From Paraspadella gotoi (taxonomy: Eukaryota > Animalia > Chaetognatha), in the NCBI GenBank assembly GCA_051294375.1, contig CM119266.1, positions 15,862,018 through 15,926,017 on the forward strand: a stretch of 64,000 nucleotides of DNA, read 5' to 3'. Positions 40,923 to 54,727 of the stretch are shown piece after piece (positions within the stretch are counted from its first letter, which is position 1; the number at the start of each line of letters is the position of its first letter). The notes below the pieces were generated by a model. It was given only the letters and a program-made list of their open reading frames with translations. It was not told the DNA's origin and searched no databases. The position numbers and the translations under genes were made by a program.

Positions 40923-43900
40923 ATTACGTATTTGAAATTAGTTCGTTAGTGACTGTGAGGTTTGAGTTGTAACTTAATATAAAAAGGCATAGTTTGCGTA
41001 GAGGTAGTTTGCGCGTAAACAGAATACATTTTTTTTAAAGATTATGTTTCGAGTTTATTCTTTTGCAAGGAATTGGCGCTGGAATAACCCCATTTTTTTA
41101 TTCTTACCAAATGACGTCGTCAACAATTAATTTGTGCATTGTTTTTTTTTNNNNNNNNNNNNNNNNNNNNNNNNNNNNNNNNNNNNNNNNNNNNNNNNNN
41201 NNNNNNNNNNNNNNNNNNNNNNNNNNNNNNNNNNNNNNNNNNNNNNNNNNNNNNNNNNNNNNNNNNNNNNNNNNNNNNNNNNNNNNNNNNNNNNNNNNNN
41301 NNNNNNNNNNNNNNNNNNTCTCTCTCTCTCTCTCTCTCTCTGACCGTATTTGGGTGAAGGGTGAAGCTGATCTTTTCACTGCGAACGAAGCCAAAAAACG
41401 TGAGGCGACGTGCGACGCTGACGGGGCGAGGGTGACGACGGAGGCGACGAGAGGGTACCGGACGAGGAGAGGTGGCGCTGGGGTGTCGAGAAGAGGGCGA
41501 CTAGAGGGAGTGCTCCTGTTCGAAGACCCGCGGGGGAGGCGAGGAGAGAGAACGACACGTTTTTCGCGATATCCTCCTTTTTTTTTTCCTTTTCGTCGAG
41601 GGGATGAGTACTAATGACCCTCGGTGGGTGGCGGGACGGGCGACGCGGGGGCGAGGTAGAGGGTTGGGTGTCCGGTTGACCCATTGGCGGGGAGAGAGAC
41701 GGGAAGAGGGAGGGGAGGAATATAAACGGAAACGTTGAATAATTAATGGCGGAGAAATAAAGAAGAAATAAAGAAGGGTGCATTATTTCGTTGCCGCCGG
41801 GGGTTGGTGGGAGATGGGGATGAGGGGGTGCGGAGAAAGAGGGAAGACGACGGGAGGAAAGGGAATGAAGGAAAAGACGTCGATGGGAGTTAAATGAGGA
41901 AAGAGAAGATGCTTCATGAATGAAACGAAAGATAAGGTGGGAGGAAATGAACGAGATAGCACTCTGTTCCTTTTATTTCCTAGTGAAAAATTTAAAGTTT
42001 GAGGACAATGAGAAAAAAAAAAGTAAAGGATGAGAGGGAAGCCGTGAGGAACTCAATGAGATCGATAGGGTCGCGAGCAAATATGATGGTCGACTAATCA
42101 CTTTGAATTTTCTTTTAATTCCGAATGTAACAGAATCAATGCGCTCACCGCTGTCTCAATAATTTTAACATTCATATTTTCCAATAATAAGCATTTTAAT
42201 AATTATCTGATTCATTCGTTTACATTGTTAACGCGTCCTACTCTTCCGCCTCTCAGCTGCGAAGACTCGAGATGAATTAATCACGACGTCCTTACCTCCG
42301 AATCTCTTTATCATCCTCGTCCTTTTCGTTCACAAATCTGGTCCGCTTTAATCCTCGGACTCACCTCAGTCCCGGCTCGAACCCTCCTCTCTCCTCGTCG
42401 CCCTCGCTTTAAGTACCGGGCCCCCTCTGCTGGACAGTTCAATTAGATCAGGCACACCACAGTAAGATCTTCTCTTCTCTCGTCTCTCTCTCTCTCTCTC
42501 TCTTCTCTCGTTTCTCTCTCATCTCTCTCTCTCATCCCTCTTCTCTTCTCTCTCTTTCATCTTCAATTGGCGTCCTTTCTGTTCGGTCTCCTTTCCTTTC
42601 GTTCGGTTGAATAGGAGCCGGAAACCCTTCTCCACGATGCTCTGCATCCCCCCTCCAACCGTCCCCCACCCCCACCTCCGAACGCGCACGTGGACATGCT
42701 CCTTTTCAAAGAAATCGTTACAGGCATTCATTAACAGCCGTTCGTCGCTGACCCTCCGGCTCGTCACCTCCTGTCGTTTTTCCTCATTATATTCTTTCTT
42801 CTTTTCTTCCCCACAAATTTTTTTCTCTTCTCTCTCTCGCTCTTCATCTGTCTCTCGTCTCTCTCTCTTCTTTGACGTCTTTCGGCGTCGTCTCCGTCCA
42901 TTTCTCTCTCTTATCTCGAAACCTAATGATTAATCAATTTCCTTCCGAATCAAAGCGAAATCGCAGGGAAACGAAGCTTTTTTTTTAGAAACCTTCGGCT
43001 TCTCTGGTATTTCACTGAAATCTTCCTTCTCCAGCGATGCTCTGCGCAGATCATTCTCCATTTTTTTCGGATTCAACCTTCGAATTTCGAAGGTTCCAGT
43101 CAGATATCATATCCTATTTTAAAAAAGAAAACTCTTTTTCCCGCTCCCGTTTCGCTTTTAGTCATCGCAGTAAAAGAAGAAGTCGCAACTCAGATATCAT
43201 CTCATCTCTCAATCTCTCTTTCTCTCATCTCATCCTATTCAAAAAATGACTTTTCAAGTTTTTTCTTGTCTTTTTCTCCATTCACGTTGCTCCTCCGACC
43301 CCTTACTCTTCCTCCTCTCGCTTTTTTTCAATTCCCCGTTCCTCTTCCTTCTCCTCCCCTCGAGGAGGTATTTTCAAAGTGTCAGCTCCTCCTTACAATC
43401 GGAGGTTCTGCTGATTTCGCAGAAGGTTTATCTACCGATCGTTGAAGGGGAGGAAAACCGAGGCACCTTTTCCTGCTTACGCTAGTGGGATAGTGGGGCG
43501 AAGAAGGGGGAAAGTGGGATAAGGAGAGGGAGTAAAACGAACTTGTAAAATTCTACTTTTAATTAACGAATTGGAAATGAACTGATGAGTGAATTGAATA
43601 TTGACCCAAAATTTTCGAAAACTACTTTAACAACTTGAAATATTCACAAAATGTAAAATTAGAAGAAGACAAAAGAAAATTAAATAGGAATCTCATTAGA
43701 TTAAGAATTATATCAATGTAGAACATGAATCTTATTGGGTTTACGTTTAATAACTATGCAGCATAATAATCTTATGACGTTCACGAAAACCCCAGCATTC
43801 ATCTCACGCCTTTCTACGTACTGACTACTGACATTCCAAAGTTTTATATTATATGTATAACATTTTTTTACGAAACCTTAGATTGAGCTTAGCAACAAAT

Positions 43901-44060
43901 AAAGGCAGAAAGAATCTCTCAGCACTCTTACCCCCTCTGTCGCGACTGTTGCCAAAAAAAAAGAAAGAATTTCGGAATCTTTGGTTTTTCTTCTTCGACT
44001 CCCAAGGTATGATAATGAGGGTCACGTCAGGGTCATTTATGAATTCTTGACGTCGCCGTT

Positions 44061-44097
<37 letters not shown>

Positions 44098-47000
44098 AAC
44101 CAATCGTCTCCCGAACCAATCGAAGGCGTCCATGTCATGCTTGTCAGCTCTAAACATGACGTGGGTATGACAGAAAATTTAACCCCTTCAAAGATATGCT
44201 GTTTTTTTTTCTGTGGTAGCTTTGTTTCCGATCTTTGTCGAATTATTATTATTTTTTTTCCATCGTTGTTGTTCTTTTTCGTTTTCGTCGTTGTCGTTGT
44301 CAAAAACAAAGACTTCATTGTCTACTTCGTCATCTCCATCGTCGTCGTCGTCGTCGCCGTTTTCACCGTCGTCGTCACCGTCGTCGCCACCGGCGTCATC
44401 GGCGTGGAAGATGCAACTCGGCGTGATTTTGACAACGAATTGACGAGGAGGATGAAGAGGAGGAGGAGGAGGAGGAGGAGGAGGATGAAGAGCAAAGAGA
44501 CCTGGGGGGGTGTTTTCGGTGATGGAAACGTTGAGGAATAAAGGGAGCAGGGTTGACGGATCAAGGTTAAGGGGCGAAGGGATCGGATACAAGGAGATAG
44601 GATAGGAAGATCGGATATGGATATTTCATTGGACGATAAGAATAAAAAAAAATCGTTTATCACAATCCTTTTGTTTAAAAATTTATTTAATTTTCGAAAC
44701 CTTGTGTTTTTTTCCTTTCTCGTTGGTTCGTTGTCGATTTGATTTAAGAAACAAAGTTTGAAGAGAGATTTTAACAACGCTTTTATTTCATAGTGAACGA
44801 GACATTTTCGACTACACATACGCAGTCTTCTTCAAGCGCCAATTCCAATTTGCTGAATTTGAAGAGATTGTGATAATAGATAAAAGAGAGAGAGAGCAGA
44901 TGAGAGAGAACAGAGCAAAAGTTTTCCAAACACAGAGTTTGAGAGAAAAGGATAGTGTTCAGTTTTTTATTAGGGACAGGTGAATACGGTGAGCGACAGA
45001 GATAGTTTGTCGAAAAGAAATTGAAATAAAGAGAAGAGAGAGTGGAGTAGAGAGAGAGGACGCAGAGGAGAGACGAGAGCATGAGATAGACAGCCTTATT
45101 AAATTATTATTACATTATGAAATGTAACAAAAATGTTAAAATTTAGGTAAACTTTAATAAAAATGAATAATATAAACAATATAACTACAAGTAATAAATT
45201 ATTAGTGAAATGCAAATAGAAGTAAGAAAATTGCTAGAAATATTTAATTGGTTAGTGAGCGATACTAAGGTAATTAGGCAAAAGGGAAAATTTCAAGCCT
45301 ATAAAAAAAGAAAATAAAAAAAAAATTCTCTTCAAATTCACAACAATTGGAATTGGCGCTGAAGAAGACTCGTATGTGAGTTCGAACATGTCCGTCTTCA
45401 CTATGAAAAAATAAAAAATCGTTTGTTTTAAATCTCTCTTCAAACTTTGCTTCTAAAATTTGAAACCTTAAAAAAAAAAAAGGGAAAGCTCGCAAAATAC
45501 CTACTTATGGAATCGATATCGGTTCCCCATGAGCCAAATCAAAATCGATTTTGTTTCTTTGTTTATTTCTATTCAATGTATTTATTCATGAGGAGGAAGA
45601 GACATTCAATAATAAAAATATCTCTTTCGCATAAAGTAGATACCGTGGAGGTAGCAGGCAGGCAAGGAGCGCGGGTGGGAGCAAATGGAATAGCGAGAGG
45701 GAAGAGAAAGGGAGAAGAAGTCGAGGAAAGAAGAAGCAGGGGAAGGAAAGAAAAAGAAGGAATTGGGTTTGTTACCAGGAATGTCTTAAACAGCATTCTC
45801 GACGACAATCCGCGGAATTATTTCTGCGAAGACAAATAAAATAAAATTATTTTTTTCGCGAATTGAGAAAAAAAAAAGTTCAGCCGTGTATCAATTGTTG
45901 AAATCCATGTGGTATTGTGGATGCGAAAGCGCGGAAATAAAAATGCAGTCCTCTCTCTCCATCTCCTCGTCATCTTCTCTCTCTCTACTCTCTTCGCTCT
46001 TCTCTCTCATCTCTCTTCTCCTCCTCTCTCTCCTCTCTCTCTCCTCTCTCTCAGATTACTCCTTTTGCGACAAATTGAAGCTAGATGAAAAATCTTATTT
46101 CCCACAACAAGATAACCTTATGCCTTGACCCATTTGTCGATGCTCCCTAAGACATCTACAATTGAATCAAAATTGATTTTCAACAGACGCTTCTCTTTGA
46201 TGACGACGAGAAGAAGAGAGGGCAAGGCAGGAGAGAATAGCGGAAGGGAGGAGGAGGAGCAGAAGAGAGAGAGAGAGCAGCAGATAGACGAGAGAGAGAG
46301 AGAGAGAGAGGCGCGAGGGTTGGGGCAGAGATAGAACAGTTATAAAGAATAGACAAAATGAGAGAGAGAGGACAGCGCGGTAAAGAAAGGAAAGGGAGGA
46401 GGTAATGGAATCCCCTTTATTTCAGGAAGAGAAAAGATCCTTGTTGTTTTGACAATTTTGCGAAGCTACATTCAAGTAGCTCGACAAAGATGAGGTTTTT
46501 CTCAATCCATTCTGCTTTCCAAGTGACTCAATTTTTTCACTTGTTTCGTTTCCTTCTATTCTCAACGACGTCACAATTTTCACTCCCACCTCCTCCCTTT
46601 CTCGCCACGCCTCGCGCCATCTCGCATCTCGCATTTTATCTTAGGAGCGTCAAGGGTCTCACCGATGTGAACCGATGGCTCTGGAAGCCCCGCCGTGATT
46701 TGTTTCACCGGGTCCTCGCGAGCGGGGGGAGAGACGTGAAGCGAGATCCGACTAGTTGAATCTCAACGACGTCACAATTATCCACCCCACCGGTCATGCT
46801 CCTATGTCTCGCGATCTCGTCCCTTCGCGCCATCGTCGCATCTATCGCGACTCTTTCGATCTTCACGGCACGCTTCAGACGATCTTAACGATTGGTGAAC
46901 CGTATCGGCATTCGGCAACGCGCCGCTGATTTGTTTCCACGGGTATCGAGCATCAGTACGGCACGTGAGATTCGCAGCAGCACGAGGCAGGACGGCGCCG

Positions 47001-47370
47001 CCGAAAAAAAGCAGGCGAAAGATAAGCGAGGAGAGAGAGGAGAGAGAGACGGAGACGCAGAGACGCGAGACGAGACAGACGAGAGACGAGAGAGAAGGAA
47101 GCAGAGAGCAGGGGAGGGAAGAGAGNNNNNNNNNNNNNNNNNNNNNNNNNAAGAAAGAAAGGTTCTCAGAGCCTGAGGATATCCTTTCGCTCTCGAGGTT
47201 TGCCAATGAAATTCGTCTAAATAGGATCATTTCCGATTTTTGTCAATATCTCTCTTCTGCGTCGGCCACATATCGTCATCCGGTTCGACGTAATCGATTC
47301 TACCCGACATGAATCATATCTACCGTCAAGTTTCTCTATCTGTCTGTCTTTCTTTCTTTCTGTCTTTCTG

Positions 47371-47402
<32 letters not shown>

Positions 47403-47469
47403 TTTTTACTGAGGACTTTCGAGTCAAGATTTCGAATTGAGAAGAAGGAAAGAAAATTAATGAAATTTT

Positions 47470-49680
47470 TGAATCCTTAATAAAAATTTCTTTGGACGAT
47501 TAATGAAAAGTTTTTTTCCTATCTCTCTCTATATCGTCTCTCTCTCTCTCTCTCTCGCTCTATCCCATGGCTCGCCTAAAAAAAAATTAGCGTGAGTCAC
47601 AAAATTTCAATCCTCTCTCTCTCTCTCTCTCTCCTCTCTCGTCTCTCTCTTCTTCTCTCTCCGTCTCTTATATGCGATCTTACCGCGAATGTTGTCTCTT
47701 TTTTTATTTATTTATTCCTTTTTTTTTGGCTTCGTGGTTTTTTTCTTTTTCATTTTCCTTTTCGGTCGCATTTCAACGAACCGTATCAAAACGTTTGACC
47801 TCAAATCAATATTCCCAACGAGTAGTGCTTGTGGAGCTTAGCAGCTACGTTGTGATACGATCCATATTTGATGTTGACAGTGGCTCTGCTCACAAGAGCG
47901 AGATGCGTGGCTAGAAGAACCGCGACTGGTATCGGGAGCGATAGTATGAAGAGGCGTCGCAGACTCGCGTTCCAATCGAGACTGAGCACTAATCGTATCG
48001 CGCGGCGCTATACCACTCTCTTTCAGCGTCGGTGCAGCTCCTCGATCACTTTACCGTGGCGTTCACTTTAAACGCGGCGCTCTCACTCTCAGCGTGGCAT
48101 GCTCTCAACTTTAAACGCAAGTGCGCTGTACTCTCTACGTGGCTTCTCACAATGTAACGCGCCTCACTCTTCATGCTCTCTAACTTACGTGGCGCCTTCG
48201 ACTTTAAACCACTATCGCGCTCGTCACTTCTCTAATGTGGCGCTCTCACGTTTAACAGGCGTCTCGTCACTTTAACACGGCGCTCTGCAGCATCTCCTCC
48301 GTCGGCGTTCTCACACTTTTAAACGCGGCCCACTCACATCTCTACGTGGCGCTCTCAACTTAAACCACGGCGCTCTCACTCTCTACGTGGTGCTCTCAGC
48401 TTTAAAACGAGCCGGCGCTCATCACTCTCTACATTGGCGTTCTCACTTTAACAAGCGCTCTCTCACTTCTCTAACGTGGCGGCTCTCTAGCTCTCGCCTG
48501 GCGCTCTCCACTTTAAAACACGGCGCTCTCACTCTCTCTACGTGGCGTCTCATCACTTTAAACACGGCGCTCTACTTTAAACACGGCGTTCCACGTGCTC
48601 TACGTGGCGTTCTCACTTTAAACAGCGCGCCAATCACATCTCTACGTGACGCTTCACTATAAACGGCGCTTCAATTCTAACGTGTGCTCTCAACTTAAAC
48701 GCGGACGCTCATACTCTCTACATTGGGCTTCTCACTTTAAACAAGGCGCTCTCTCTACACGTGGCGTCTTTGCGTCCACTCATCTAGCTGGCGTCTCTTC
48801 AACTTTAAACACGCGCCTTCATCCTACTGCGCTTTCGAGCGTCCGGGCTGATAGTCGCTCTCACTTTAAACACCAGATCGGCGCTCTCACCTCTCCGCTA
48901 TTCAAATCGGCTATGCAGCACTCACACTTTTAAACTCAAAGAACTTGGTGGCTGTTATTCATCTTAATCGCTTTCTTACTCACTTTTACGGTGATGGTTC
49001 CTTCTCCTTATTCCTGGCCCTCTCTCTCAATATGGCTCAATCAACCAAATTAATTATGCCTAGATGTTATGGCCTACCAGCTCTTTATTAAAGTTTAAAT
49101 TTTTTTCCCACAAAAAGTCGGTCAACTTATTTTAAACAGTCTTTCCGTTTTCATTTCGGCCGTTTAACTAATTTCGTTTTCTTTTCTTTTCTTCTATTGC
49201 TCTCTAATTGTAACCACTGGAAATTAAGTCATTTTGTGTTTTTAAAATTATTTTTAATTAACATCGACAGCGATGAAAAATTATGGACTAAATAATTGTT
49301 CTTCTAAAAACTTAAGACGAATAACATAGTAATGGTCGAACAAATATATATTTTGAAACAAAAGCGTTAAGAAAAAAAACTTTGTAAAGAAAGAAAGGTT
49401 TACGCGTCGCGGTCGGCTCGTAGATATTTTCAGAACGGCAATTCTCTTTCCAACCATTAAACATCATCCATAAACCTAAAAATAAAGATAATTGACGCGA
49501 GAGGTGACAAGGTTTTGAATGAAATGCACGCAAACGGGGGGAGGGAAACGCGGGGGGGACGGTGGCGTAAGCAAGAAAGTCGGCGCCAATTCTTCGCGGT
49601 TTACGCGGCATCAATTTTGACCGTGAATGACTCGTGAACAGTTACATCTCTCTCTTGTTTATCTCTTCTCGTCGTCTCTC

Positions 49681-49715
<35 letters not shown>

Positions 49716-51560
49716 CCCTCCTCCTCTCTGCCGCCGACACGAGAAACCAATTTCGCCAAAGGAGAAAGTGATTTTGAGTCTGACAATAGTGAACATGGAC
49801 GGACGAAAAGGAAAAAGAGAAGTGGAAGAGGGACGAGGGAGAAAAAGGCTAAAGATCCCCGTTTTCCTTGAACCATTGGAACCCCGTTTCGTTCGCACTC
49901 TGACGACGAAAACGCGCGCCAATTGTTTTGGTCACCATCGGGTGAAGGGGAGAGAGGGGGCGGAAGCGTCTAAAGGGGGGGAGTAGATTTTAAGGTAGAA
50001 GAAACGATGTGAAAATACTCCTCAACAAATCCTCCAGATTCCTGAGGAATAGATTTAAGTTTTAACTTTAAGGTTTCATCCGAAAAATAGAAAACACCTT
50101 AGACTTCATTCCGAGGATTGTGCGTGCCGGCCAAACCGTGATGGGGGGGATTCGGTGAGGCTGGGTCGAGGGCGCGGCCGCCGTCGTGAGAGAAATTTCC
50201 GTCAGGTCAAAGCGACGGGAAATTTCGAGAAGGCGCACGACGAACGACGTTCCCACGTTCCGACGTGTTTATTGTCGACCACAATTTGCGCGGGGTCACC
50301 CTCGACCGCGCCTTTACCGCTGCCAGAGGCACCCTTTCGTGTCTCCACACAACTCGCCCTCTATTCGACTCAAGACTCCTTCGCTCTTCGACATTTTTTT
50401 AGAAGAAAAAAATTATCAACTCCACCTCTCAAACTTTAACATACAAAATCTACTTACATCAATAATTTTTTTTTCATATGAACCTAAAAGTTAATGTCGT
50501 CTAGTTTTAAAATCGAAGTCGGTATCGTTTTTTATTTGTTTAAATTTTGTTTTTTTTCGTCTACATCTGACATATGAAAAGCTTTTTCTTATTTTATCAA
50601 ATTTTAATTCTCGTAAACTGCATCCCGGAAAAGGCCGAGCACCTGCAAATCTAGTCCATTTCTGCACCCGACACAAGTAATCTAAGAAACAAAATCAATA
50701 CGCCTCCCCGCCCGCCAAAAAAAAAAATGATTTTATAAATTTGATGCGTCCCCGTTTTTTGTTCCAAAGCCCGGATCATTAAAATCTGCTGCAATTCGTA
50801 AAAAAGCCTTTCATCTCTGCCTGAAAGACAAGGCCCGAGTGCCGCAATACAAATGCCGCCAAATGTTCTTCGCCGTCGATTCCACGGCCTCCTCGTCCTT
50901 CGCAGGCGACGATCGCCTCCGTGGGCGTAGGGAATGCTTTAAAGGGCCGGGACGCGGGGATACAATCGGCCTGGATCAAACCTTGAAATCTAACGTAAGT
51001 CTATTTGAAAGGAAACAAGTTTTGTAAAATATTATATTATATTGTGTAATGGTACAATAATTATTAATGATTCGGTTTTGTTCCGTATCGTAATTTGGTA
51101 TTGTTATATTTTGAAAGACAATGGATTAAAGGAAAGAGTGCGCCTACGTAGAATATTTAAAACGTGCCGGAAAATTTTACAAAGCGAAATTTAGAATATT
51201 ATAATTTTTTAAATTGAAAAAAAAAAAAAGATAATGTTTTAATTCTGAATCTTGATTCGGATGAAAATACAAAGTGATCCGAAATGAAATTGCTTGCCGT
51301 GCATTGCGGAGAATGCGTAAATAAAATTTTTAGCGTTTTAACTCATTGTCTTACGTTTTAAAAATTACAAAGATCTAAAATTTAAATTCAATTTAAACGA
51401 TTTCTTTCTGGTAAAACATCTTTACATCATTTCCTTAGGTAACAAAGGCTCTACTTCTCTCCCCTCAACACTGGTTTCTTCTTTGACGCCTTGGATTTTC
51501 GATTTCCTCTGACGTCCGCCCAAGCGCGCTGCTTGCATTTTTGAACGAGGAATTCTAGAA
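47470..51560 (+). repeat. ~4-kb segmental duplication, copy A
   Basis: Collinear with 60275-64000 from tgaatccttaataaaaa to gaggaattctagaa; differences are indel-dominated. Confidence 0.92.
48003..48935 (+). repeat. Noisy copy of the 20-bp two-variant minisatellite
   Basis: Same two units as 60697-61450 with many indels. Confidence 0.88.
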
Positions 51561-52709
51561 ACTCGACAAGGGTCATGACGGAGGCGCCCGACCATGAGAC
51601 CCAGAACCCGCCGATCTGGGAGAAAAGATCGTCCAACCTCATCGAGGGTACTTGGGGTTGACCCTCATTAGTCGAAACTCGCGGCTCGTCCAAGAGACTC
51701 GCGTCCAGTCGTAGTTTTTTAATTTTTTCTGGTTTTCTCTTTGAAGAGTGGACCGTTGGACGAGTTGAAAAATCATTGAAGAGTCTCGTCCTTGCAGACT
51801 CCGACGAACATCGTCGCCCCTTCGATTCCTTATCTTTTGGTGAAGTTTACCGCAGCCGCATTCTATCCCGGCAGGATAAAGAAAGTCGCGTTCTCTCGCC
51901 AGCCGCGCAGCCGAATCGCGAGAGATTGTTCCAGCCTCCGTCGACGTCGACAACCCCAGCAGCTCGTCGTACTTGTCGTAGCAGTTGGAACGTCGCCCTT
52001 AGCGTAGACAATTGACAATGTCCTTGCATGCGCGTAGTGTAGCCCGGGAATCGAGGTCGCCACGCCTTTCGGGATAGTCGTCCGCGTACTTGGCCGCCAG
52101 AGTCGGTACAAAACTGCGCAGACGAAGGTTCTTTGGTCGAAGGTTCGCAGCTCGGATTTGGGGCGTCAACTCGATCAGTCCGTCGGAATGGACGGAATGG
52201 CTCCTACATCAAACCAGGAGAGATAAAGGTCCAGCCCGTCTAGCCCATTCCAGTAGATCTTAACGCGGGCGTGGGTGGAGGTCTTGTGACACAAGCTAAA
52301 ATCGGAAAAGAACCAGATATTCGCCCGTGCGGAAAAGAAAAAGGACGAAGACGGGGCGTTTCAAGAGACCTTCCGTTTTTGTTCTCCAATCGAAAGAGAT
52401 TCGGAAGGCGTCGAGGAGACGGAGAGGTTCCTACCCGGATCTCTGGCGCAGAGATGAAGCGAAGGAAGCGCCCCTCGCGTCGTCCAAGACCATGCTTTGT
52501 CCGTCAAACAGGAATTTTCTCCACATAAGACGACGCTCTTGACGTTCGTCGGGTCTTGTAATTAATGACCAAAAATGACGACGTCAAGGGCGACGAATCC
52601 TCCGTAAAAAATAACAGGCAGATTGGCAGCCAGACGCGACGGAACAGGCGCTCGCACTTGGTCACGCGAGACAGCCATGGGCCGATGTCGTCTGCAGGAA
52701 TGTCTCCAT
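51451..52709 (-). CDS. DEG/ENaC (ASIC/degenerin-family) channel subunit, paralog 1; frameshifted as assembled
   Basis: Starts METFLQTTSAHG (pre-TM1 TSxHG motif), then TM1 LFRRVWLPICLLF. An FPRFxLCA-like motif near 52450-52470 corresponds to FPAVTxC. A Cys-rich segment follows, then TM2 MRLDDLFSQIGGF(LGLMV)GASVMTLVEFLEF and stop TAG at 51451. Several single-base indels must be bridged, consistent with noisy sequence. Confidence 0.85.
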
Positions 52710-53266
52710 GACGTAAATTGCGAACGGGAAAAATGAATTTTCGCGACGAAAGGTTGAAAATAGTTTGGTTTAGTAATATCGATTTTTTCAGATGGAACTC
52801 AAACACCGATATGTACTAGAGCTTTACAGCACTTTGCAGTTGTAAATTGAAAAAGGAAATTCGATACTAAGTCTGTAAAGACGCGATAGTTTCTTAGTTA
52901 TCTGAAATTGGTTTTCGCAAATGAATGAAATGAATTAATTCAGCGATTTCTGTCTGTCCACTGTTCATTTCTTTCTCTCTCTCTCTCTCATCTCTCTCTT
53001 CTCTCTCTCTCTCTCTCTCTCATCTCTCGTCTCTCTCTCTCTCCTCTTTTCTAACAACAGGAAAAGACTAATGTTTCTGTGTGTTAAATTTCCTATTTCT
53101 AATTGATCGCAAAAGTTATGGATAAAAAAATCACAGTGAAAGGTGTAACTCTAAAGCATGAAAGAATATCAAAAAAAAAATTGAAATAAATATTATAAGA
53201 AATTAATATTCAAATTTTGTATCTCCTTCCCTTTTTACAAACGTTTTTACAAAAATTTGAAGCTTT

Positions 53267-54497
53267 CTATTTTCGTTCATGCCACACTAGATAAATCTGA
53301 ATTATAAGGATCTCGATGCACTCAAAAGGTGGTAAACTATCGATGCGCCTATGAGAAACCCAAGAATCCACCAATCTGCGAGAACAGATCATCAGATCGC
53401 ATTTTTGGCCTCATGACTTATCGGTCACACTCTCATTAATCTTCTTTCAACACCAAAAGTGTTTTGCTGCTATTTTTTCCCACAAAATTGTCGTTGCTTT
53501 GTAGTTGAAAGTCGAACGCAATATTCTCTTTTTGGCAACTTTTAATCAACAGAAACAATTTCAGTTTCATACGCCGCTTTTGCTTTTTATAACAAAAATA
53601 TTTTTTTGCGGAAGTTCGCCTTCCTCCGTTTTAGATTTTCCATTGGCAACCAAACGATCTTTGAGGGTGGAGATTTTTTAGAGCTGCTTATACCGAGATT
53701 TGATTGTAATTATTTTCCGCATTCGATTTACCAGATAACAGACATCTCGCAATGATGGTTATTGTAGTCGGCAAAAAAAATTAATTGTACCTTTCAAAAC
53801 CAGCGGGGTACTTATCTGTATAATTGCTTTCTTTTTGACACATGGTAGTTTATTCTAAACATATTGAGAAAATGGATGTTCATTTCTCATAGAGGAGCGA
53901 TTTCAGACTTTTGCTATAATGATAAATGAACTTTTAAAACCAAAAAGCCATATACAGTCCAGCGGCATCTTTTGCCCAGACGATTTCTCACCTTTAAATA
54001 GAAAAAATATACATTAAAAGTTTTTATTGAAAAATGCAAAACTTTTTTTTTCAATGCCTGCACCTTTTCAGTCCGCATTTTTAACTAACTGGCACAATCC
54101 ATATGCTTCCCAAAAAAAACTGTATTTGTAATGCCTTGAATGGAGTCAACTTCATCGTCAGATTAACTGCAATTTTGAGCCGCGAATTCAAAAAGTTTCT
54201 ATTCTTAGTGTCGGCCGAAGTCCATCGGCCTTCCGCTGTGTGTTCGGCGCGCAGAGAACGAAATGAAGGAACACGGTCCTGACCAGACCAACGATTGTAT
54301 TCCTTCCAGAGGCGCAGATCTTCGACTGAGCAGTCGTTGTCCACGTTGGTTGGCATCGTTAAAACCTTGGAATTAGAACAAAGACAGCGGTAAGCCATGC
54401 GCGTAGAGGCCTGTGTAGACCAACATCCAGAACATCTTTCTTGCTTTTGAGCTCTTTTTGAATTTTTTTTCGAAACATTGACGGCAAACGACTTCAT
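53267..54497 (-). CDS. DEG/ENaC-family channel subunit, paralog 3; frameshifted as assembled, one probable intron 53992-54063
   Basis: Bridging indels gives KMFWMLVY...AVFVLI (TM1), FPSFVLCAP (about 54250-54275), YGLCQ (about 54090-54105) and PKMRSDDLFSQIGGFLGFLIGASI...ECIEILIIQIYLVWHERK* (53267-53408). Start codon is approximate. Confidence 0.75.
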
Positions 54498-54727
54498 TTT
54501 TTTTGCCGTCAAAAAAGAAGAATATAAGCAATGTCCTTGTTTACTCGGAAAAAATTGTGCTGGTGAATTAAAGGAAAGGTGCAAAGAGTAATGGTTAGTG
54601 TTAAATGTCAAACAATCAATGACTGACCAAATCAAATGCAACAAAATTTTTTTTATTTTCCGCAATTTCAGTTCCACTTAATCAATAAAATAAAGTTTTG
54701 AATAACAAACTTTTTATGTCTTTGTTC

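Noticed and set aside
46560-46980. ~200-bp tandem duplication starting tctcaacgacgtcacaatt
   Set aside because: The copies differ by dense indels near a 25-N gap; likely a read-join artefact.
47815-47955. ~135-bp insert present only in copy A of the 4-kb duplication
   Set aside because: No TSD or TIR, random-looking, and inside the noisiest stretch; likely a low-quality read segment.
51575-51615. Apparently novel TM2 sequence GGFWVSWSGAS in the ORF track
   Set aside because: Two compensating 1-bp indels restore canonical GGFLGLMVGAS, matching paralog 3 (GGFLGFLIGAS); most likely sequencing error.
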